Origin: Eledone cirrhosa
Taxonomy: Eukaryota
Direction: 5' to 3'
DNA: 64,000 nt
NCBI GenBank assembly: GCA_964016885.1
Contig: OZ024752.1
Coordinates: forward strand, 11,346,001 to 11,410,000
Shown piece by piece: positions 12,851 through 29,495 of the stretch. Below the pieces are notes generated by a model. It saw only the letters and a program-made list of their open reading frames with translations. It made no database searches and was not told the DNA's origin. A program made the translations under genes and the position numbers. The first letter of the stretch is position 1. Every line of letters starts with the position of its first letter.

Positions 12851-13141
12851 GATAGGGACTGGGGTCCCTAACATTAAATTATCCAAGACACCGACAACGA
12901 GATATACCTTGGAGGAGGCCAGCTAAACCTGAATAGGTGTGAGCTGTCACACACACACACACAAGTCACAGCAAAGATATAACCAGTTTACTCAGCTATA
13001 GAAATGAGATGATAGGACTGGGGTCCCAATCATTAAATTACCCAAGACTCCTCCGACGAGATATACCTTGGAGGAGGCCAGCTAAACCTGAATAGGTGTG
13101 AGCTGTCACACACACAAGTGACAGCAAAAATATAACCAGTT
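12823..13141. repeat. Tandem duplication of about 160 bp (2 copies)
   Basis: tttactcag..tagaaatgagatgatagg...gagatataccttggaggaggccagctaaacctgaataggtgtgagctgtcac...atataaccagtt occurs twice. Confidence 0.9.
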
Positions 13142-13361
13142 GTGTTCCTTGTATTAAGTATGACGAAAGCGGTATATAATAAAATATGTTTAAATTACAT
13201 GATACCAGCACAAATTAGATACACTTCCTGCAAACCCGCTTCTGTTAAAAGAATTTATGTATTTTAGACTAAGCTCTTTTCTTTGTATGCTGTAAATCTG
13301 TATATGTAACCAAACATTCTTAAAACTCTATATTTCCTGTATAAAGTGATACGTACAAAAT

Positions 13362-16860
<3,499 letters not shown>

Positions 16861-17384
16861 TTATACTTTTTCATTCGATATGAATTTTCTTAAACTGCAA
16901 TTGATTAAATGATATGATATCTGAGCTTCCAACCGTAACTGAACGCGTTTTATCGACTTCTTATTTCCAATAAACTACGCCAGTAAACTAAAAAAGATCT
17001 CTCTTTATTTTCACTTTCGTAATTTGATTATTGAATAAAGCCGATCAGTGTTGTTCTAGCTGTCGAGTTTCAAAAAAACACCTTCTGTAAACTTGTATGC
17101 AATTAAATACATATTTGTTTTCGATTCCAAAAGTTATCGTGGTTAAATGCTAGCGTGGGCGCCTATATTTGGTTACTTGAATAACTGTTTAATCAGATCT
17201 GAATTGGGCGATGTCAACAGTAAAATAAACATGCCTCTGATTTTAGATAACCACATGTGATAATGATAAAGTTTTGTGACGCATTCATATAAATAAAGAA
17301 ACATATTAAATAGATAAATCTGTCTGTCGCTCTAATCGATCGACACGTTCCCATGCCTCATTTGCATGCCGAGTTGGGTGGACC

Positions 17385-17584
17385 TTGTCAAATCGGACCA
17401 AGGAAACAATGTTTCCATTGGTCTTTCCATTGCTAACACTATCTACCGGTCGCAACGCCTGGAAGAAAAAACAACGTGAATTAAAGTGTCTTCCTCAATG
17501 ACACAAACCATCACCTGGTCCGAGAATTGAACTCGCAATCTTACGATTGCGAACTCAACTCTCTAACCAGTGAGCCACGCGCCT
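17385..17584 (-). mobile_element. SINE family B, body type 2
   Basis: Family B head on the minus strand; body matches 60290-60497. Confidence 0.8.
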
Positions 17585-17686
17585 AGAATAAATGAATAAA
17601 TAAATAAAATAAATAAATAAATATATAAACACAAATATATAAATTGTGTTGGCCTTGTGCCTATACTAGAAATCATTATTTCATCA

Positions 17687-18080
17687 AGGATGGTGAATTG
17701 GCAGTATCGGTAGAGGGTCGGACACCATGCTTTCCAGCATAGTTGCGTCCCTTTACAATCTGAGTTCAAATCCCGCCGAGGTTGACTTTACCTTTCATCC
17801 TTACGGGGTCGATAAAATAAAGTACCAGTAATACACTGGGTAATTGCTGGCCTTGTGCCTAAAGTAGAAACAATTATTTCATGGAGGGTGGTGAATTAGC
17901 AGCATCGGTAGAGCGTCGAACAACGACATAGAGTACGGCCCTAGATTCTTATATTGACCCCGTAAGGATGAAAGGCAAAGTTAACCTCGGCGGGATTTGA
18001 ACTCAGTCCGTAAAGGACGGTAACTCTATGCTGCAATGCATGGCGTCCGACTCTCTACCAATACTGCCAAGCCACCGCCC
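17687..18080. mobile_element. SINE family A cluster: + copy 17687-17878, head fragment, - copy 17953-18080
   Basis: Consensus matches in opposite orientations. Confidence 0.85.
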
Positions 18081-18207
18081 TACCTCGAGGAAATAATTAA
18101 ATGATAAAACGATTTCTCAAATTTACAGGGAACTACGTACAGTTGGCCTCTTTCTATGTCTATATTCTAAAAACGTGTATTTATACATACGTCTATGGGG
18201 AGATATG

Positions 18208-18456
18208 AACACGTATGGCTTTGTGGTTTGGGTAATTGAGTAAGATACTGTATTTCACGTTGCTCTCTATTTCACCCCAGCTGGCAAAAATTAGTTGTAC
18301 CTGTAATTGAAAGGGCTAGCGTTGTCAAATTCTGTGTCACGCTGAATCTCCCTGAGTACTACGTTAAATGTACGCATGTTTGTAGAATGCTCAGCCACCT
18401 GCACGTTGATTTCATGAGTAGGCTGTCTGTTGATCGTATCAACAGGAATCATCATC
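18208..18456 (+). mobile_element. SINE family B, body type 1 (degraded head)
   Basis: Body matches 59948-60258 (agttgtacctgta...tgctcagccac.tgcacgtt.atttca). Confidence 0.8.
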
Positions 18457-18469
18457 CACGGGGCCTCAG

Positions 18470-18842
18470 TCGAAAACGACTCAAAAATTTATCTCCGCGT
18501 GGGTCTGTCGTTCATTGCCGTTGCTAAATCCTGGATTTCAATACCAGAATTTCTGGAGATGACATCGGGATAGGAGAGCTTGCGCCTCCTGTTATTAGTG
18601 ACTACTTGTGGTTTCCAAAGCACTAATGAGGACATAGCCTCATAGGTGGCACGATGCCAGTGGCCAGTGAATCAGGATAGGAGAGCTTACGCCCCCTGTT
18701 ATTGGTGACTGCTTGTGGTTTCCAAAGCAGTAATATGGACACAGCCTCATAGGTGGCACGATGGCAGTGGCCAGCAAATCTTACTCTCCTCTTACGTACA
18801 ACGACAGATATATGTGGGAGACCGGCATATATCTCTCTCAAT
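18470..18842 (-). mobile_element. RTE-type LINE 3' end with an internal tandem duplication of about 105 bp
   Basis: Translation REIYAGLPHISVVVRKRRVRFAGHCHR...LLWKP...GRKLSYPD is typical of RTE ORF C-termini; homologous to 56755-57100. Confidence 0.8.
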
Positions 18843-19399
18843 GCCAGATGTCGTCAGCTTATGTTCAGAATGCGTTGAAGCAGGCGAGCGTAAGTGCCAT
18901 CAAATATTCCAGTTAAAAGTTGGTGATTATGAATGACGGAGTATTCATCTATCAAATTAGGAGTATTTAAGACGGAGTTACTTCACCATAATTTGTGTAT
19001 TGCATGATATATATTTCTGTTACATGTTTATGCATGTGACATCATCAGATTCTTATACAATCTTATGTGTGGTTATGCAATCATGAAGGATATGTTGATG
19101 GTCATGTATTACAATCCAGTTATGATACTACATGAATATCTATCTAATGTCAACCATTTTTAACTGATTAGTTTCTAGCATAAAAGTTCTGGTTTCATAT
19201 GAAATTCCATCGAAGGAATTTAGTAAATTCACTTGCGGTGACGACTGGAGAATCGACCAAATTAAGCCATTGTTCTTTATATGAAGGTGGGAAAGATATG
19301 GCAGTAAAAGCGAGAGAATTGTGCTGCCGTTTTGATATTTAATCTGTAAGCTGCAGCCAGTGGCTAGGTTGCTGTTATAGCAATTATACGCTCAATTGA

Positions 19400-19646
19400 C
19401 ATCCAAGAGCGTCCATGTTTCACTTCGATAGAGCAAGATTGGTTGAATTGTTACTTGGAAGAGTCTGATCTTGGTGTGGTTGGAAAGATTTGAGCACCAA
19501 ACTCGATCCATCTTGTTGCAAGCTGACCATGCTTGGGCCTTTCTGGTGGCGAAGTCTTTCTCAGAATCCATGATCCTTGACCCAAGATACTTGAAATCCT
19601 CGACTTCCTTGATATCACTACTGTTCATTGTTTTGATGCTGTTCAT
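19400..19646 (-). pseudogene. RTE-type reverse transcriptase C-terminal fragment
   Basis: IKEVEDFKYLGS...AWSACNKM..VW.SNLS..TKIRLF..TIQPILLYRSETWTL. Confidence 0.85.
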
Positions 19647-20583
19647 TGCCTGTACTGTTTGGTATGTACTCTGTTTACCCTCGTTGAAATGAAGGCCAAC
19701 GAGGGCGGCACTTCCTGCGCGGATGTCAACGGTCCTTTACCCCTCACATCAAATGAAATTACTGTACTCAACTACGTCTTCTTCCATAGACGTATCACAG
19801 ACAATCACCAATTTTCTCAGATTCATGATTTAAGTCTACTATGACATCTTAGTGTCTTTCATTCCTTCGTGGCTGACAGGATACGACAAACAATGATGAA
19901 TTTACCTATGAGCCAAAGTGGGAGCCTTTGCCTACTCAATCGACTAGAAATAACAGCCAAAGCTCTCTGTTGCTTAAACAAAGCTCACTCGGTGTTAAGA
20001 AACAATTACAACTACATTTCTTTGAAGTTTATGTTTATATATATTTCCTTTTATTGTATTAAACTAACCTACAATAAATTGCCGACGGAATAGAACAGTA
20101 TATATGGCAATCTTTTGATTCAAAACTAAAAACGTTTTACTTAATTTCCTTTGAAACTATTTTGAATGTTTACAAAATTGTATACTTCCTTCTATGGAAA
20201 TATATTTAATATACAAACCAATTGTCTAATCAGCTTTCTCGGGTAACATATATGTATCAAACAGACGACCGGAATTATGACACGTAATCCTCTAGACATT
20301 GGAATATTAAACATGCAATGACTTAAACAATAGCATATTTGTGTTATAGTAGTGCAATTTGTGTCAATGAGTTTATATGTATAAAGTCATCGTTATCGTA
20401 TAGATAAATGTAAACACACATATACATATAATCTTAGATAAATAAATAAATAATAGCATACATGTTAATATAAGCGGCTAATAGGTAGGGTGGTGTCGTG
20501 TCAAAACAAAGAAAGCATTGTAGTATTTCATATTTCCAGTGTCTGTAAGTACAGGACAGCAAACCAAATGACAGGAATACAAC

Positions 20584-20952
20584 TAGAGCGTTAGACACCA
20601 TGCTTGCAGCATAGAGTTATGGCCCTTTATGTTCTGAGTTCAAATCCCGCTTTTCATCCTTACGGGGTCGATAAAATAAAGTACTGGGGTAATTGCAGAT
20701 CTTCTGCCAGAGTAGGACCTGTTACTATTATTATTGTTGTTCCAGTAGCTAAGCAGTATCGGTAGAGCGTCAGACAACATACTTTACAGCATAGAGTTAT
20801 GGCGTTCTGAGTTCAAATCCCGCCGAGGTTAACTTGCCTTAATCCTTAAGTAGTCGATAAAATAAAGTACCAGTCACGCACTAGGGACGATTTAATCGAC
20901 TTTGCCCTTCCCACAAATTGCTAGCCTTGTGCCTATATAAGGAACCATTATT
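20584..20952 (+). mobile_element. Two degraded SINE family A copies
   Basis: Two gagttcaaatcccgc box B motifs, each followed by the core. Confidence 0.8.
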
Positions 20953-20959
20953 GTTGTTC

Positions 20960-21345
20960 CTCTTAGAAAGGAAGATAAGGGTGGAGAGAGAAATGCTGTC
21001 CCCCCACCCAGATCATTTTTAAAAGGTGGGTGATTGCGGCGAGGATGGCTTGTGTTAATGGGCCCAATCTCAACATACGCCCGTAGGCTGGAGGGAGAGA
21101 GGGGCACCCTCTAGGGTGCTCTTGGAGAAGAGGGTGGGTTGGGATTTGTGGGGTTGCTAAAGGTCCTCCCTGGTTGGTTTGCCCCCTTCCCCATTGGGGA
21201 ATTCTGTTGTTATTTTCTAATTATTTTGTTTATAATTTTTACTCGACTATATGTATCCCCCCTCGCCCACTGTCTCCTGTCTTTGTATTGTCCTCTATGT
21301 TCGGGCCTTGTGGCCAATATTTTTGAAATTATCATTATTGTTGTT
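20960..21345 (+). mobile_element. Possible L1/Tx1-type LINE 3' end
   Basis: FKRWVIAARMACVNGPNLNIRP* followed by a G-rich then T-rich 3' UTR and ATT tail. Confidence 0.4.
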
Positions 21346-21361
21346 GTTATTTACCCCTAGG

Positions 21362-21580
21362 AGGGTGGTGGATTGGCAGTAGAGGGTCGGGCAACGTGCT
21401 TCGTTCCATTGAGTTATGACCCTCTACGCACTGAGTTCAAATCCTGCCGAGGTTAACTTTGCCTTTCATCCTTACGGGGTCGGTAAAATAAAGTACCAGT
21501 CACGCACTGGGGTCAATTTAATCGACTTTCCCCCTCCAAAAAAAGTTGCTGACCTTGAACTTAAATCAGAAACCATTATT
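21362..21580 (+). mobile_element. SINE family A, long-tail variant
   Basis: Matches consensus. Confidence 0.85.
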
Positions 21581-21663
21581 TACCCATGGGGCAAACTTGA
21601 TCCAAAATGTTCTTACTATGATTATCCGATTTATATGAATATCTGTCATTAAATTATCTAATA

Positions 21664-22336
21664 CTAGCTGAGGTACCCTGCTTCGCCCGGGAGAACAGTT
21701 AAGTGAAGACGGCTAAAAGAGAAAACAACTGTATTGGTGTGTTGTCTGGTATGGGGTGAGACCGTAATGTGTGGGTGTGTGAGAGAGAGACATAAATAAA
21801 ACAATCATAAAATGTCCTTATTAGGCTGGGGGAGTAAACAGCCGATTAAATGGTAGCATTGGCCTTGGATTTTAAATGTGAAATAACCATAGTCAGTATG
21901 ATCTTTTTCAGCTCCAAAGGACATCATCTGAAACACAGCAATACACCGCATAACATTGCTTCTGAAGTGTTTAGCTTCGATAGTACGGTCTATAAGTAGT
22001 ATATGGATTAAGGCTGGAAGGTAGATTAATTTCAAATACTATCGATTTTTCTTTGTTCTGTAAAATCAACCGACTTTATAAAAGCTAACGCAGTATTGTT
22101 AAACCTTCAACAGATACTCTTGTAGGACGTTCTCTCTCTCTGAATATCTAACACTTTAATTGAATCTCTATCTGTATAATGGCCTATCTCTCTTTTTCTG
22201 CCTCTCTTCTGTGTCACTCTCTCTCTCTCTCTTTAGATGTGTGTGTATATATTTGTGTGTGTGTGTGTAGTTTTCGTACGCTTCAACTAATCAACCAACC
22301 AACCAATAAACATCTTTGTTTTATACTATATATAGA
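21664..22336 (-). mobile_element. Internally deleted Helitron carrying a Rep/helicase coding remnant
   Basis: Minus strand A|TC start at 22336 and cccgggcgaagcaggg hairpin plus CTAG|T end at 21664; ORF 21805-22035 HFRSNV...FQMMSFGA...TFKIQGQCYHLIGCLLP matches the N-terminal region of Helitron RepHel proteins. Confidence 0.8.
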
Positions 22337-22515
22337 TATCCTTCATATTTTGACCGCTAGTTTATAGCGGAGAAGGTGATAACGTAAAAGTTCCATCATT
22401 AACTAGAAAATGTAAAAATAGATAAAATATGTGTTCCGTAAAAATAAACAAAATATGTACAGTTGGGAATTAAAATTTAATCTCGAGTGTTCTCCTTTCT
22501 GTGAACATTATAATC

Positions 22516-22657
22516 ATCGCATTTCCCGGCGTCGAAGACCTACTTTTTTTCCTAAAATAAGTCTCGAAACTCTCCCATGCGTCCTGGAAGCCGAAGGTTG
22601 CTTATTATTAAGGTGCATCCTCGAGAACATAGCGTCTTCAGCGCCGGGAAATACGAT
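22516..22657. mobile_element. pogo/Tigger-like MITE
   Basis: Imperfect TIRs atcgcatttcccggcgtcgaagac / gtcttcagcgccgggaaatacgat. Confidence 0.6.
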
Positions 22658-22658
22658 A

Positions 22659-22856
22659 GTTTCTGATTTAGGCAACAGGCCAACAATTCTGGGGGAGGGA
22701 AAGATCGATTAAATCGACTCCAGTGCGTTACTGGTACTTTATTTTATAGAGCCCGTAAGGACGAAAAGTAAATCTACTCTCGTCGCGATTTGCACTCAGA
22801 ACGTAAAGTGATGTAACAATGTATATACCGCAAAGCATGTTGTCCGTCGCCCTACC
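22659..22856 (-). mobile_element. SINE family A, diverged
   Basis: ctggtactttattttatagagcccgtaaggacgaaa...gatttgcactcaga. Confidence 0.75.
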
Positions 22857-23039
22857 GGGTACTTTGAACGTTATAATAAATAGCATTTATAATCTTCCTA
22901 TTTGTAGTTCTGTTCTTTGGTAAAGAAGGTTAAATTGCATCTAGTAATACATTTATAGAACGAGAGAGGCATCAAGTGTGATTTGAACACCCAAACATTG
23001 TAATATCTACCACATGAAAAAAATATTTACTCGATACCA

Positions 23040-23220
23040 ATGGTCCATTTCATTTACTAGAAATGACAACTAAATATCCCTCAAATCAAATCACACATCT
23101 TTATCTTAAATAGAAGTCATGTTCGATAATGTAGTCTTAGACATTTCTAAATAGGACTAGAATATATTTGATCGTAAGTCTGCTCGATTAGAATTGACCT
23201 GGGGTAAAATAATAACAAGA
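23040..23220 (+). repeat. Old dispersed repeat (ctagaaat..ca.ctaa..tccctcaaatcacac family)
   Basis: Related motif also near 1975, 8650, 19940, 30100 and 57230; class unknown. Confidence 0.45.
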
Positions 23221-24094
23221 AATAATTTACTATTCCACTCTATCGATCTATTGATTCGTTATGTCGCAAAGAACAAAAGAATATGTCATCCCTTTTTTGT
23301 TTTTGATATCTTTTGAGTTTAATAGATAAATCATTGTACGTATTTCAACTTACCTTTCACAGCCACTCACTTAAATCTTAACCTTTGCCCCGTTTGAAAA
23401 CCAGCAAAGTTAACTAAGGTCATATTTTCGAGATATTTCCAAACTGCAACAACAATAAATCTATCAATAATATCGATACAAAAGTTTTCAATACTAGATT
23501 ATGTGTTTATTCCTCATTGGTTCTGAAAGGCCTTGAGGAAATGAATTAATATGATAGCAACAGGATCAACATGATTAATTCTAACTAATCATTATGAACA
23601 ATACAATGTTTATATTGTTTAAGATAAAATCATACATACTGAAATCGAAGATATATTACTGTTATCTTTTATTTTGATTAGAGACTGGAAAAAAGATAAG
23701 ATGAATCTGAGTAACATTTGAACTAAAAAGTTATTAATGATATTTATATATTATCAGGTAAACGTCTGATGCTCTGCTGACGGAACTAAGATGGCTGACA
23801 CTATTTATTAAGGATATTGACATTAGATTACCTCTTTGACATTTTTATGGCTTCAGATTAAAAGGCTGCTGATTTCTGATGAGATTTCAATGTTATATTT
23901 TCTCTTGTTTTATTGCTTGAATGTCAAAGTTAAATTTCATAGTACATTAGTTGTATGAGTTGTTATTGTTATCATTGCAGTAGAATGTCCTGTAATTCAA
24001 GCTAGTTATATATGTTTGGTGGGATTGACAGTGCACAATGGTTTTAACGAACAATGGTCTGTTGTGCATTAGCTATTAACGGGAATAGTATACA

Positions 24095-24750
24095 AACTTC
24101 TTCTTCAGCCAAGTTTACACTCACAAACATTCAGCACACTTTCTCCAATTGTCCCGGTCGAGCATGACAAATGTTATCAATGTTGGCATCTCTCAGGGTA
24201 TCAATGAATGAGACGGCCTGTCTTCTCACACTTCTTCGTCCGACCATCAGTTTCCAGATCACAAGTTGTGATGCTGTCTCTTCTGGATGACGGATGCAGT
24301 GCCCAGCCAGTTTCATTCGTCTGCAGGCAACTTTCTTTTAGACTGGTGGTAGTGATCTGTATAGTTCCTTATTTGTCATCTTCTGTTTCCAAGAAATGTT
24401 GAGAGCCATTCTCAACACTTCGTGTAACATCTGTCAGGTCTCTTCCATAGAACTTTGTCAATAGTCCACGTTTCACTGCCGTAAAGCAGGACGGACTCAA
24501 CAGTTGCTAGAAAGAGGCACTCCATGATTTTGCGGTTTAGGTCAGACTTCCACACCCTTAGTAGCGTGGAGCATGCCGACCATGCTATTGCTTTTCTAAC
24601 TTCAAAGTCCTTGCGTGAAGTGCGCATCCATGCACCAAGATACTTAAAGTTCTCAACTGTTTTGATTGTTGTACCGTCCTTAGCAAGAACTGAAGCTGGA
24701 TCAACCTGATTGTAATGCATGATTTCCGTCTTCTTTGCATTGTGATGCAA
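24095..24750 (-). pseudogene. RTE-type LINE 3' fragment (second family)
   Basis: NAKKTEIM...VENFKYLG...AWSACS..VWKSDL...VESVLLYGSETWT and KLAGHCIRHPEETASQLVIW; (GAA)n tail on the minus strand. Confidence 0.85.
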
Positions 24751-25331
24751 CCTGGGAATTTAATTTAACATTGTTCCTCCTCTTTAATTTCGAAAAATCA
24801 CTCATACCCACACACAGCGGTGTAATGTGTGTCCGTGTGTCCATGAAACACATACAAACTCACCAGGTTCGAAAACAAAAGAACCCAACTCCTACTAACT
24901 ATCCAACTGTAATGCAGCTAACATCGCTACCCCAGTGGTGCGGAGTCGGGTGGGGTAGGGTAACGCCCTCTTCTGTGTGGGAACCAATGTTACAAGTGGA
25001 CAGAATTTAGAAAGCGTTGCCCAATGACAGGATCCAAAGATTTTGCTTATCAAAAAGAAAATCATTGTATGTAGGTATTTTCTGTTTTCTACACAAAAAC
25101 CAAAAGAGGGACTGCTCTCTGTTCACTCTGATATCAGAACAGATATTTAAATTATATGTCCTTGCCATTTACCTTAGAGAGAAAATTGTACTTGTTGACT
25201 GCAATCTTATAAAATAGCTGGCTTTGTGAGTTTTAAAATGGAGCAAGGTTTTTCGTTAAAATGCGTATTAGGAAAATTGCTTTTTAAATATTTATGTAAT
25301 TACAATTCTTTTGTGGGTACATTTATGTGCC

Positions 25332-25414
<83 letters not shown>

Positions 25415-25579
25415 GTGTGTGTGTGTGTGAGAGAGAGAGTGTGTGTGTCTGCATATATATATATCAACATGTCTATGGACATGTATGTGTGTAAGGATGG
25501 ATGTATATGTATGTGTTTTTGTATGTATATCCTAATGTGTTTAAGTGGGGAAAGAGAGAGGGCGCGAGAGGGCGTCTGT

Positions 25580-25830
25580 GTGTGAGAGAGAGTATTTTTG
25601 TTTGGGTGTTTTTGTGTGTGTGTGTGAGACACAGAGAGAGAGAGAGAGAGAGTGTGTATTTTTGTTTGGGCGTTCCTGTGTGTGTGTGAGAGAGAGAGTA
25701 TTTTTGTTTGGGCATTCTTGTGTGTGATAGAGAGAGAGATGAAGAGAGAGTGTGTTTTTGTTTGGGTGTTCTTGTGTGTGAGAGAGATGAAGAGAGGTTG
25801 TGTTTTTGTTTGGGTGTTCTTGTGTGTATG
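25580..25830. repeat. Degenerate minisatellite (tttttgtttgggtgtt..tgtgtgtg(ga)n, 5 units)
   Basis: Five tttttgtttggg cores separated by GT/GA runs. Confidence 0.8.
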
Positions 25831-26369
25831 AATGAATTTAGGCTGACTTACCACATAATTGACATGAAACTGGGTATTCGCCGCGTTGTTAATATAGCAA
25901 ATACGTTCGATGTTAGCTTTGTTTTTAATCAATAGTTGCCTTCAGTTTAGGCCTTTTCTTTTCATTATAAAATGTTGCCTAAGAAAAACTCCTTTTCTTC
26001 ATGAAACCACTAACTGACACCGAATACAATCGCATATATTTTATGTTTTCTTCATTTATTACGTATCTTGCCAAGCGTACGTCTAGATTGATGTAATATT
26101 ATGTAAAGAAAGTAAACCACTAGACTCGGTAAACATCTCTATTGTGTGAACATAAACTCTCCCTGAGCTGTTTTATGTGGTAGAGACAGCGCTTATAGCT
26201 CACACATACACACGTATACACATAGACATACACACACATATATGCACACACACGCACACATACAGACACACATATATATATGTGTGTGTACACATGTAGA
26301 TATATATATATATATATATATGTACACATGTACACATATATATATATATATGTTTATTTATTTATACAT

Positions 26370-26427
<58 letters not shown>

Positions 26428-26652
26428 ACATATACATACATATATATATATAAATAAATTTATATATGTATATAGAGAGAATGATAAAATGTCTCTTCCG
26501 CGATATAATTGCTATAATGTATCATTCCAAGTTGAAACTGTTTAAATTGTTATTTCCTGTTTGTTTTTATCCAAACGAATAAAGCAATACAAAAACAAAA
26601 TATTCGTAAACCCATAGAAATATTATTAGTCATCGATTTATGATTGGATGCG

Positions 26653-26890
26653 TAAAAGTTACAAAATGCGTCATACATCTAATAAAAGTCATAACATGAG
26701 TCATATATCTAATAAAAGTCATAAAATGCGTCATACATCTAAAAAGTCAGAAAATACGTCATACATCTAATAAAGGTTATAAAATAAGTCATACATCTCA
26801 TAAAAGTCATGAAATGCGTGATACATCTAATAAAAGATACAAAATGCCTCATCTAATAAAATTTTTAAAATGCAATATACATCTAATAAA
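26653..26890. repeat. Degenerate minisatellite of about 30 bp (taaaagtcataaaatgcgtcatacatctaa)
   Basis: About 8 units visible. Confidence 0.85.
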
Positions 26891-27641
26891 GTTTCCTCCA
26901 CTGAAGACGTGACGAATTCATCTATTTCAGTATCATGTGTGTAAAACACACAAATAATGTGGCCTATATAAATGTTTCATTCCAATTCGTGACCCTAACA
27001 TTTATAACATTATGCATGCAATGAAATCTTTATTACTTTACCATTATTCATTTTCGGTTAAAGGTCATTGTCAGAAATTGTCCAATGCAGCAATCGATTG
27101 AGTGATGCGGTTGAAGTTCGTGAATTTGTACCAGAATATATCTGAGAGGCACCTAACATGAAATTTCGCTATGTTGAGATGGGATTTTGCCGAGATAACA
27201 GAGTGTTCGTTTTGAAAAGCCATACAATGGACACTGTTAAGAAAGAGTTTATTAACATATACAAGTATTTAGATTCATAGAGCTCTGTGGATACGGATCT
27301 ACTTACAATCTCGGGTTCCAAATAATAGGAGGGTGAATAAGCGAGGCGGGGTTGGAATATGCTGTTGGGCTGGAAAATCGCAAGAATTTCTAAGTTATCG
27401 TTTTAGTTGACATATTGAGACCCCCAACCCATCCTATTTATTTTATAACATATGGGGTTTCTAGTAATGTAATGTTTTGTTATGTCTGATGTCTTTTAAT
27501 GTATAAAGAAAATTAATTGTCGCAGGAATGCTACTACCTAACATAAAGTTTTGTGAGTGTGTGCATGTGTATATATATATATATATGTCTGTGTGTGTGT
27601 GTGTGTATGTATATATATATATATATGTGTGTGTATGTATT

Positions 27642-27675
<34 letters not shown>

Positions 27676-28511
27676 ATATTAATAAATGGAAACTATCTTT
27701 ATAAAATACATATTTATTTTAATTATATATATATAGGGTGTCCGAAAAATGTATACAAACTTCAAAGGCATTTCTAATAAATATTGCATGTGCAGGTAAT
27801 CGAAGTGTGTATACATTTTGTATACACAATGTAAAGGACAATTGCCCACATTATATATATATTTATATAGCTGCAATTATATATATTATATATATATATA
27901 TATATATTATTTATATATATTATATATATCATCTATATATATATTATATATATATCATCTATATATATATATATATAATATATATACATAATTGTTTATA
28001 TATTATATATAGAGAGAGAAAGAGAGAAAGCACTGAATAGATACATGCAAACATAAATACACATATATACAAATATATAAACTGTTAGAGAGAGAAAGAA
28101 AGAGAGAGAGAGGGGGGGGTTATGATGGAAATTACTCTACTACATATTCTAAGACATTTTCCTGAGAAATTGATTAGATTCAGCTTTGAAATTCAAAGTA
28201 AATGGCCGTCCATATTGAAGTTTCGTTTTTTTTTTTTGTTGTTTTAAAGTATCTCACATCATCCTTCTGTTGTGTCGTTCGACTTTCAACGTACTCAAAC
28301 ACATTAATTTTTTTCACTCGTCCCAACCCAATCCACGCCTAAAGCACTTCCCTTTTTTTCTCGCACTACTTCCTCTCACTGGAACTGCAGCACTCGTTGG
28401 AACTCAGTGCACTGGCAGCATTCTCTCCCTCCCCCTCTCTATCTATCTCTCTCCCTCCTCTCTCTCTCTCTCCCTTCCTCCTCTCTCCCTTCCTCCCCTT
28501 CCTCTCTCTAC

Positions 28512-28542
<31 letters not shown>

Positions 28543-28690
28543 ACTATTTTATTCTTTCTCTCTTACTTTCTTTCTTCCTCTCTATTTTATTCTTTCTTTC
28601 TCTTTTTCTCTCTCACATTCTTTCTCTCATTCACTCTTTTTTTCTCGTATTTCTGGTTCACTACTATTACTACTACAACTGATGCTGTTG

Positions 28691-28741
<51 letters not shown>

Positions 28742-29200
28742 TATGATGACATCTACATAGTGACATGTACTAGAGGCTTGGAGATGCTGAAGGTTATAAT
28801 GGTGTTCGAGGTGGTGGTGGTGGTGATGATGTTGGGGGTTGTAGTGGTGTTCGAGGTTGTGGAGGTGGTGGTGGTGGAGTTGCTGGAGGTTATGGCGGTG
28901 GTGGTGTTGGTTGCGTCAACAGAAGTTCAATGCTGACATCCAGATTGACGTGTCAAAATGGCTTCCATCCGATGTCACATTGAAAGCCTGAATACAGAAA
29001 TATTTCTTTTTGACTTTGTTTTCGTTTTTTTTTCTCTTTATCTTTTTGCGTTTTCGGTTGAAACGCTGTCGTGACCTACATGACTGACACACTTCATCTG
29101 TCGTCCCATTTAACTCCATAGCCTTCATTCTATTGTATGCTGGACAACTCTTAGATTTGATGATACTTTTCTCCTTCCTTCTTTCCTTCCTTTCCTGTCT

Positions 29201-29495
29201 TTAGCAGTGGAGACTTCTGGTTTCTTTAGCCATAGGGCTACTTCCCTACTTACCACCATAGGCGCTGAGCTGGCTAACCGCAGATGTGAGCCTCGCGAGA
29301 TGGAATGGCTCTTCCAGTGCATCTCCCTTACCATACTCCAGCGAAACGCCATTCTCCATTGTGTCCACCGGGGCTGTGGGGCGGCCAGTTCGTGGGACCC
29401 CGTTTGCTCACCATACAGAGAGAGAGAGCGATGGGGAGGGCGAGAGAGATGGAGACGATGACAGTAGGAGTTCGACTCTTCCGTGTTCGGTCACA
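29201..29495 (+). mobile_element. CRE-like retrotransposon 3' fragment
   Basis: AVETSG...LLTTIGAELANRRCEPREMEWLFQCISLTILQRNAIL; homologous to 1555-1870. Confidence 0.65.

Noticed and set aside
26901-26920. CTGAAGA motif as a hammerhead
   Set aside because: No stem II plus GAAA in register; same for isolated matches near 2897, 55620 and 57608
28916-29160. Possible minus-strand exons (KSCPAYNRMKAMELNGTTDEVCQSC; AFNVTSDGSHFD)
   Set aside because: No recognisable domain and no convincing donor/acceptor pair; cannot be supported without RNA data
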